A program made the position numbers and the translations under genes. A DNA stretch of 64,000 bases, from contig JAPPFC010000017.1 of the NCBI GenBank assembly GCA_028824015.1, positions 141,945 to 205,944 on the forward strand, read 5' to 3'. The notes under the pieces are model-generated. The model was not told the DNA's origin. It made no database searches and worked only from the letters and a program-made list of their open reading frames with translations. Below, in pieces: positions 57,862-64,000 of the stretch (the first letter of the stretch is position 1; every line of letters begins with the position of its first letter). The stretch is from a bacterium. GTDB lineage: Bacteria; Actinomycetota; Acidimicrobiia; Spongiisociales; ZC4RG35.

Positions 57862-58251
57862 GTGAGCATCGAGGCGATCAACCCCGACGGCCTGTCCGAG
57901 CCTCCCGAGCCCTACTCCCACGCGGTCCGGGCTGGCGACACCGTCTACCTGGCCGGTCAGGTGGCGTTCGACTCCTCGGGTGAGATCGTGGGCGAGACCA
58001 CCGGAGAGCAGGCCGAACAGATCTGGGGCAATATCGCCGAGATCCTGGAGGCGTGCGGGGGATCGGTGGCCAACATCGTGAAGATCACCTACTTCTGCCA
58101 GGACATCCGGGAGTTGCCCGAGGAGATGGAGGTACGCCGGCGGGTGTTCGACGGGGGTCCCTATCCGGCGGTCACCGCCTGCCAGGCGGCTGCTCTGGGC
58201 CTGCCGGGCCTCAAGCTCGAGGTGGACGTCATCGCCGTCATTCCACAGTGA
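57862..58251 (+). CDS. ridA: RidA/YjgF-family reactive-intermediate deaminase
   Basis: 129 aa, GTG start; VYLAGQVA...KITYF pattern of the Rid family. Confidence 0.8.
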   Translation: MSIEAINPDGLSEPPEPYSHAVRAGDTVYLAGQVAFDSSGEIVGETTGEQAEQIWGNIAEILEACGGSVANIVKITYFCQDIRELPEEMEVRRRVFDGGPYPAVTACQAAALGLPGLKLEVDVIAVIPQ

Positions 58252-58433
58252 GCGCCATCGGTCCCGAGGAGATGGCCGCCATGCTCTCGGCGGTCGGGCT
58301 GAATCCTGACGACTGGGAATCGGCGGAGTTGGCAGACATGCTCGAGAGCCAGAAGGCCGGGATCGACTCGCTGCGGGAGCGGTTGGATCAGACGGACGAA
58401 CCTGCGCTGCGGTTCGACCCGCGATGGGAATGA
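58248..58433 (+). CDS. small GatC-like (AtzG-like) protein, probable partner subunit of the downstream amidase
   Basis: 61 aa from GTG 58248 (GTGA overlap with the ridA stop); ends by overlapping the amidase start (ATGnnnnTGA). Its size, acidic helical character and position mirror GatC/AtzG partners of amidase-signature enzymes. Confidence 0.35.
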   Translation: MSAIGPEEMAAMLSAVGLNPDDWESAELADMLESQKAGIDSLRERLDQTDEPALRFDPRWE

Positions 58434-59842
58434 GTCCTCCGGGGGTCATAGCCGCACTGAGCCGACAGATCCGGTCCGGCGAGGTGTCGGCCCGAGAGGT
58501 TGCCGATGGGTCCTTGTCGGCCGCGGAAGACCTCAATCCGCAGTTGCAGGCCTTTGTGGTCATCGACCATCGCGGTGCCCGGGAAGCCGCCGATCTGGTT
58601 GACCGCCGCCTTGCCCAGGGGATCGACCCAGGTCCCCTGGCAGGCATCCCGGTGGGCGTTAAAGACATAATCGACATGGCCGGACATCCCACTCGATGTG
58701 GCTCTCCCGCCTATGCGGATGCGCGGCCCGCAGAGCGTGACGCACCGGTGGTGGACCGCCTCCGAGCGGCGGGGGCTGTGATCGTGGGCAAGACCACCAC
58801 CCATGAACTGGCTTGCGGGGTGGAGTCCCCACCGGCCTCCAACCCCTGGGACACCGGGCGGATCCCGGGAGGTTCCAGCGGAGGATCGGGAGCGGCGGTG
58901 TCGGCAGGCATAACGGCCGCGGCCCTCGGGAGCGATACCGGCGGATCGATCCGGATCCCCGCCTCCCTGTGCGGGACAGCCGGACTGAAGGGAACCTACG
59001 GGAGAGTTCCCCGCAGCGGAGTGGCGGCCCTCAGTTGGTCGCTCGACCACATCGGACCCCTGGCGCCCACTCCCGCCGACTGCATCCTCGTCCAGTCGGT
59101 GATCTCGGGTTTCCATCCTTCCGATCCCACCACCCTGGCCGACCGTCCCCCTGACGGCTACCCCGTCTCGGATGTCGGCTTGGAAGGCGTGCGGCTGGGC
59201 GTGATCGAGCGTTACCGGGGCCCGCTGATCCAACCGGCGGTGAGCGAGGCTTTCGAAGCGGCGGTCGGGGTGCTGGCCGACATGGGAGCGGAAGTCCTGC
59301 CGGTCGAGGTCCAGGAACTCGACATGGTGATGGAGGTGGAATACGCGGTGTTCAGCGCCGAAGGGGCCGCCTACCACCAGAGGCTGCTGGCAGAAGCGCC
59401 ACACTTGATCGACTCCGGGATAGGGGCGCTCCTGGCGACCGGGCTGATGATGCCCAGCGAGCGATACTTGACGGCTCTGAGGGCAAGAGGACGCATCCGG
59501 CAGGGAGTACGCGAGTGCTTTGAAGCGAACCGCCTCACCGGGATGGTCATGCCCACCCTGGCGGCCACCGCCGCTCTGAAGGACCAGGATTCCTTCGACT
59601 ACGGAGGGCCGAGCGAAGCTGTGATCTCGGCCTATGTGCGGACCACCGCTCCCTGGAACCTGACCGGCCTGCCCGCCTTGTCGGTCCCCTGTGGGTTCGA
59701 TCCCGCCGGGCTTCCCATCGGGCTGCAGATCATCGGCCGCCCACTGGCGGAGACCGAGATCTCCCGCGTCGGACAGGCATACCACACGGCTGCCGCCTGG
59801 GACCTGGTCCCGCCCATCTCCGCCGGTGGATCGGCCGCGTAG
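58424..59842 (+). CDS. amidase-signature (AS) family amidase (GatA/AtzE-like)
   Basis: 472 aa; AS motif GGSSGGSGAAV and catalytic Ser-cisSer-Lys context. Confidence 0.85.
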   Translation: MGMSPPGVIAALSRQIRSGEVSAREVADGSLSAAEDLNPQLQAFVVIDHRGAREAADLVDRRLAQGIDPGPLAGIPVGVKDIIDMAGHPTRCGSPAYADARPAERDAPVVDRLRAAGAVIVGKTTTHELACGVESPPASNPWDTGRIPGGSSGGSGAAVSAGITAAALGSDTGGSIRIPASLCGTAGLKGTYGRVPRSGVAALSWSLDHIGPLAPTPADCILVQSVISGFHPSDPTTLADRPPDGYPVSDVGLEGVRLGVIERYRGPLIQPAVSEAFEAAVGVLADMGAEVLPVEVQELDMVMEVEYAVFSAEGAAYHQRLLAEAPHLIDSGIGALLATGLMMPSERYLTALRARGRIRQGVRECFEANRLTGMVMPTLAATAALKDQDSFDYGGPSEAVISAYVRTTAPWNLTGLPALSVPCGFDPAGLPIGLQIIGRPLAETEISRVGQAYHTAAAWDLVPPISAGGSAA

Positions 59843-59865
59843 GGGTTACGCTCCTTCACCAGGCA

Positions 59866-60681
59866 ATGGAGATACCAGAATTTCGACCGCTGGGGACCGG
59901 AGAGGTCATCCGCTTCTCTTGGGATCTCTACAGGAGGCGGTTCGGGAGCCTGATCGGAGTCAGCCTCACCCTGTTGGCCATTCCCTCGCTTCTCCAGTGG
60001 CTTCCCGGCGTCGGCTTGATGATGAGCATCCTGCTGGTGTTTGCGGAACTCCTGGCCATCGGGGCATTCATACGGATCGTGGCTTCCCATTGTGTCGACC
60101 TTCACTTCTCGGCTGCCGAAGCCATACGGATGGCCTGGAGACAGTACGGGAACATGCTCCTGATGGCGGTGGTCTTCGGGTTGACCGTGGCCGCGGTTGC
60201 TGCCGTCATGACCATGATCGGCTCAGCCATCCTGGCCGTGGTGGCTCCCGGCTTCGCCGCGGAGGTGAGTTCCTACGGCGACGACCCCTTCTCAATGCCG
60301 GCCGAGACCTTGCTGCCGTTCCTTTTGTGGACCTTCGTGATGGTCCTCCCCGCAATCTGCTTGGCGATGACCTGGTGGGTGGCTCCCATGGGCTTGACGG
60401 TGGAGGGTGCGGGGGCCATCCCCAGCCTGGTGCGGTCATGGAAGCTGGTCTTGCCGAACCTGTGGCGAACCATCAAGGTCCTCTTGCTGGCGCTGCTGGT
60501 GGTGGCATTGCCTTTTCTGGTCCTTTACCGGGTCCTTCCCTACCACTGGGCGGTCTTGTTGCTCAACGTGTTCGGCTTGCCCTTCTCCTGGGTGGTGGCG
60601 ACTGTGCTCTACCTGGATCTTCGAGTGCGATCGGAGAATCTAGATCCCGGAGACCTGCATCAGGAACTGATCGACGGTTGA
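59866..60681 (+). CDS. hypothetical polytopic membrane protein
   Basis: 271 aa, ~6 hydrophobic helices. Confidence 0.5.
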   Translation: MEIPEFRPLGTGEVIRFSWDLYRRRFGSLIGVSLTLLAIPSLLQWLPGVGLMMSILLVFAELLAIGAFIRIVASHCVDLHFSAAEAIRMAWRQYGNMLLMAVVFGLTVAAVAAVMTMIGSAILAVVAPGFAAEVSSYGDDPFSMPAETLLPFLLWTFVMVLPAICLAMTWWVAPMGLTVEGAGAIPSLVRSWKLVLPNLWRTIKVLLLALLVVALPFLVLYRVLPYHWAVLLLNVFGLPFSWVVATVLYLDLRVRSENLDPGDLHQELIDG

Positions 60682-60765
60682 GTTGAACCTCGAGGAGATT
60701 CTCGAACAGAGGATCTTGGGCAGGCGGCTCGTCATGCCGGCAAGCCGCCTCTTTGTGGCTATGCC

Positions 60766-61014
60766 ATGGTGCAAACTGTGTGTATGAGGCGTATACATCT
60801 CTATTTGGAGCCGGACCTTGATGAGGCTCTGTCAGCCGAGGCCACTCGGTTGGGGACATCCCGGTCTGCCTTGGTCCGCGACGCGGTCCGGGCTTCGCTG
60901 GAGGCTTACTTCGATACTCCCGGCGATGCAGTTGACGAGTTGATTGGTGGTCTGGACGTCGATCCCGATGACGATCTCGATTGGGTCATATACGCGCCCC
61001 AACAAAGCCCCTGA
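60766..61014 (+). CDS. ribbon-helix-helix (CopG-like) putative type II antitoxin, orphan
   Basis: 82 aa; RIHLYLEPDLDEAL...SRSALVRDAV is a classic RHH; no toxin ORF downstream. Confidence 0.55.
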   Translation: MVQTVCMRRIHLYLEPDLDEALSAEATRLGTSRSALVRDAVRASLEAYFDTPGDAVDELIGGLDVDPDDDLDWVIYAPQQSP

Positions 61015-61050
61015 AACCAACGCGCCGCCGTTCCGGGCTGGTTGTATCCG

Positions 61051-62310
61051 TTAGCCGCCTTCGGCGAACTTCACGAGGGTCGTGGCGACTTCCTCCACTT
61101 GGGATTCGGTGATCTGGGGGAAGCAGGGCAGTCCCAGCATCCGCGACGCGGTGTATTCTGCGGTCGGCAACGAGCCCGGCCCGAGTCCCATCCAGCGGTA
61201 GGCGGGATGGAGATGGAGGGGCGGGTTGTAGATCAGCCGGGCGGGAATGCCCCGTGAGTTCAGGTAATCCTGGGCCTCGTCGCGATTGTCGACCATTGCG
61301 TTGTAGGCGAAGTAGACATGCTTGGCCCATGGTTCCTCGTGGGCGGCAATCACCGGGGTTCCCTCGAAGATCTCCCGGTAGAGGGCGGCAGCCCGTCGAC
61401 GGCCCGCGATCCGGTCGTCCAGGGTGGGGAGCTTGGCTCTCAGGATCGCCGCCTGGATGGTGTCGAGACGCTGATTGAAGCCTTCCTCGAGCACCGTCCA
61501 TTTGCCTCCGGTCAGGTCTCCGGGAAAACGCGGCACGCGGGGCGCATGGCCGTAATTGCGGAGTACGCGGATTCTCTCAGCCATGTCGGGATCGTTGGAG
61601 ACGATCATCCCTCCGTCGCCATAGCCTCCCAGGATCTTTCCCGGCGCCACGCTGAAGCACCCGAGCGGGCCGTAGGTCCCCATCCGTCGGCCCTTGTACT
61701 CGGCGCCGATGGCGAGGCAGGCGTCTTCGATCACCGTTATGCCATGGTGATCGGCGATCTCCATGATGGGGTCCATGTCGGCAGGGTGGCCGAACAGGTG
61801 CACGGGGAGGATCACCTTGGTGCGGGGAGTGATGTATCGCTCCAGCTTCTCGGGGTCCATGTTGAAGGTGTCGGGAGTGGTATCCGCCAGCACCACCTTC
61901 GCTCCGGCATGGGTCACCACCGAGGCGGTTGGATTGTCGGTGTTGGGGACGGTGATCACCTCGTCACCCGGCTGCAGGTCCATCGCCTCCAGGGCGAGAT
62001 GCAAAGAAGCAGTGCCCGAACCCACTCCCATGGCGAACCGGGCGTTCTGGTACTCGGCGAACGCTTCCTCGAAAGCCTCCAACTCCTCGCCGAGGACGTA
62101 GTTGCCGCTGGCCAGTACTCGCATAATCGCCTCGTCGATCTCGGGCTTCAGCGACTGGTATTCGGCGGCCAGATTGCTGCTGGGGACTGCCAAGGGGTGC
62201 TCCTCTGTCGGTTGGATATGCGAAATGTTAGCCCTGGGCAGGTTGCCCGGGCAATGGAAAGCACCATGCTCTGCCTGGATCTCGGGCAGGGAACAAGGAG
62301 ACTCGGCCAT
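61051..62310 (-). CDS. DegT/DnrJ/EryC1/StrS-family PLP-dependent (sugar) aminotransferase, copy 1
   Basis: PLP-lysine context SVAPGKILGGYGDGG; ~80% identical to copy 2; the true start is probably downstream of the ORF-track start. Confidence 0.8.
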   Translation of the reverse strand: MAESPCSLPEIQAEHGAFHCPGNLPRANISHIQPTEEHPLAVPSSNLAAEYQSLKPEIDEAIMRVLASGNYVLGEELEAFEEAFAEYQNARFAMGVGSGTASLHLALEAMDLQPGDEVITVPNTDNPTASVVTHAGAKVVLADTTPDTFNMDPEKLERYITPRTKVILPVHLFGHPADMDPIMEIADHHGITVIEDACLAIGAEYKGRRMGTYGPLGCFSVAPGKILGGYGDGGMIVSNDPDMAERIRVLRNYGHAPRVPRFPGDLTGGKWTVLEEGFNQRLDTIQAAILRAKLPTLDDRIAGRRRAAALYREIFEGTPVIAAHEEPWAKHVYFAYNAMVDNRDEAQDYLNSRGIPARLIYNPPLHLHPAYRWMGLGPGSLPTAEYTASRMLGLPCFPQITESQVEEVATTLVKFAEGG

Positions 62311-62422
62311 GGGCTGCCGGCCCTACGAAACTCGCCCGGCTCCAAGATCCGTCACGCTCGGGCCGAGCAAACCTATGGCGTCAGGAATTCGATGCCCAGG
62401 CTCTCGGCGCCGGCAGCCACCG

Positions 62423-62698
62423 TCAATGCCGTTCCGCTCCACGCATCTCCTCGAGCGCTGCCGACAATGTAGGAGACGCGGGCCGGCACTCTGCGGGAGG
62501 GGGCAGATCACTGAGCCTCCGGCGGGATTGCCGGGCCCTACCGGCTTGGATGAGGGCCTCGACACGGTTGTCTGAGATAGGCACCATTTGAGCGACTGGG
62601 CGGCCTCGAACCGTAATCTTCACGGAGGCTCCTGCCGCAACTCTGGCCACCACCGTCGAAGCATTCTGCTTCAGTGCCCGGATCCCAACTTCATCCAT
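62423..62698 (-). CDS. Phd/YefM-VapB-like putative type II antitoxin, orphan
   Basis: 91 aa; N-terminal ALKQNASTVVARVAAGASVKITVRGRPVAQMVP is typical of Phd/VapB antitoxins; no PIN/toxin ORF in the 112 nt before the next gene. Confidence 0.55.
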   Translation of the reverse strand: MDEVGIRALKQNASTVVARVAAGASVKITVRGRPVAQMVPISDNRVEALIQAGRARQSRRRLSDLPPPAECRPASPTLSAALEEMRGAERH

Positions 62699-62818
62699 GT
62701 GCTACATTGTTGCACGAAACCTCTGAGCGATCATGCCAAATCTGGATGTGGTCGCCGGAAAATGTCCACCACAGTGGGACAGCGGGGCCGGCGACCTGTT
62801 GCCGACCGCTCGAGTGCG

Positions 62819-63988
62819 TCAGCCGGCGCCCAAGAACTCCAGGAGCGTTGCCGCGGCCTCCTCCACCTGCGACTCGGTGATCTGGGGGAAGCAGGGTAGC
62901 CCGATCATCCGGGAGGCGGTCTTCTCAGCCACGGGAAAGGATCCCGGGCCGAGACCCATCCACCGAAAGGCCGGGTGGAGGTGCAAGGGAGGGTTGTAGT
63001 ACAGCCTGGTGGCCACCCCCCGCGAGGCGAGGTATTCCCGTGCCTGGTCGCGAACCCCTTCGGGGACCATCGCGTTGTACGCAAAGTAGACGTGACGGGC
63101 CCAAGGCGCCTCGTGGACGGCCGTAACCGGAGTGTCCGCAAAGAGGGTCCGGTAGAGGGCGGCCGCTCGCCGCCGACCTGCGATGCGGTACTCCAGGGTG
63201 GGAAGCTTGGCGTTGAGGATGGCCGCCTGGATGGTGTCGAGACGCTGGTTGAACCCTTCCTCCAGCACCTTCCATCCGCTTCCTCCGGTCAGGTCCTTCC
63301 CGGACAATCGCAGGCCCGGCGCATGACCGTAGTTTCTGAGCACCCTGATGCGGTCGGCCAGGTCGGGGTCGTTGGTCACCACCATCCCCCCGTCTCCGTA
63401 GCCTCCGAGGATCTTGCCCGGCGCCGTGCTGAAGCATCCCAGCGGCCCGAAGGTCCCCGTGCGCCTTCCCTTGTACTCGCCGCCCACCGCCAGCGCCGAG
63501 TCTTCCAGCACCAGGATCCCGTGCCGGTCGGCGATCTCACAGATCGGGTCCATGTCGGCAGGATGCCCGAACAGGTGGACCGGGATGATCACCTTGGTGC
63601 GAGGAGTGATCTTTTCCTCGAGCTTCTCCGGGTCCATGGTGAAGGTGTCTGCGGTGGTGTCAGCCAGGACCACCTTCGCCCCGGTATGCGTCACCGCCGA
63701 AGCGGTGGGGTTGTCGGTGTTGGGAACGGTGATGACCTCGTCCTCGGGTCCCAGGTTCAAGGCGGCCAGAGCCAGATGTAAAGACGCCGTACCCGACCCC
63801 ACCCCCATCGCATACCGGGCGCCCACATAGCGGGCGAAGGCCTCTTCGAAGGCCTCGAGTTCGTCGCCAAGCACGTAGTCGCCGCTGGCCAGCACCCGCC
63901 CCACGGCCTCGTCGATCTCTGTCTTCAGTGACCGGTACTCCGCGGCCAGATCGGTCATGGGCACTACCAAGACAGACTCCTCAGTCAA
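62819..63988 (-). CDS. DegT/DnrJ/EryC1/StrS-family PLP-dependent (sugar) aminotransferase, copy 2
   Basis: 389 aa; STAPGKILGGYGDGG; tandem paralog of 61051..62310. Confidence 0.8.
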   Translation of the reverse strand: MTEESVLVVPMTDLAAEYRSLKTEIDEAVGRVLASGDYVLGDELEAFEEAFARYVGARYAMGVGSGTASLHLALAALNLGPEDEVITVPNTDNPTASAVTHTGAKVVLADTTADTFTMDPEKLEEKITPRTKVIIPVHLFGHPADMDPICEIADRHGILVLEDSALAVGGEYKGRRTGTFGPLGCFSTAPGKILGGYGDGGMVVTNDPDLADRIRVLRNYGHAPGLRLSGKDLTGGSGWKVLEEGFNQRLDTIQAAILNAKLPTLEYRIAGRRRAAALYRTLFADTPVTAVHEAPWARHVYFAYNAMVPEGVRDQAREYLASRGVATRLYYNPPLHLHPAFRWMGLGPGSFPVAEKTASRMIGLPCFPQITESQVEEAAATLLEFLGAG

Positions 63989-64000
63989 GTTGCTACTGAG

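Noticed and set aside
56380-58692. 770-aa minus-strand ORF covering M24 paralog 3 and ridA
   Set aside because: Antisense to two well-supported genes; composition typical of a GC-rich antisense frame.
1-64000. CRISPR arrays, rRNA genes, transposases/IS elements
   Set aside because: No regularly spaced short direct repeats, no rRNA-like conserved blocks and no transposase-like ORFs were seen. The only direct repeat noticed is the 19-nt pair inside the flavin-reductase N-terminal extension.

Overview
This window is a high-GC (roughly 65-70%) chromosomal segment that looks actinobacterial. The taxonomic call is an inference from a conserved dnaK-grpE-dnaJ-hspR heat-shock operon, a stand-alone LigD polymerase domain, an ECF sigma factor and SLH-anchored surface proteins. 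The left 21 kb holds housekeeping genes: methylmalonyl-CoA epimerase, glpX, the Hsp70 operon, msrB, dcd, ogt and a tRNA-Gly(CCC). It also holds two giant exported proteins that share an N-terminal triple SLH-like module, one carrying PD40 beta-propeller repeats and one an M16 zinc peptidase. The right 40 kb is a dense catabolic region for cyclic amides and N-heterocycles. It contains hydantoinase A/B, a dihydropyrimidinase-like enzyme and other amidohydrolases, an isochorismatase-like hydrolase, RidA, an amidase-signature enzyme with a GatC-like partner, and three paralogous M24 creatinase-like genes. The same region holds a complete corrinoid-dependent four-component methyltransferase (demethylase) cluster: a UroD-family MT I, a B12-binding corrinoid protein, a RACo-like reductive activase and a pterin-binding MT II. 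Three short stretches of clearly lower GC look horizontally acquired. They carry a DUF262/DUF1524 (GmrSD-like) nuclease, a class II Fic protein with a small upstream ORF, and a stand-alone OPRTase-like phosphoribosyltransferase. The most striking single observation is an apparent UGSC-motif selenoprotein gene. It is split in the ORF track by an in-frame TGA, and a 7-bp stem-loop sits 12 nt downstream where a bacterial SECIS element would be. Two tandemly duplicated DegT-family aminotransferases bracket orphan antitoxin genes at the right end. No CRISPR array, rRNA or obvious transposase was seen.
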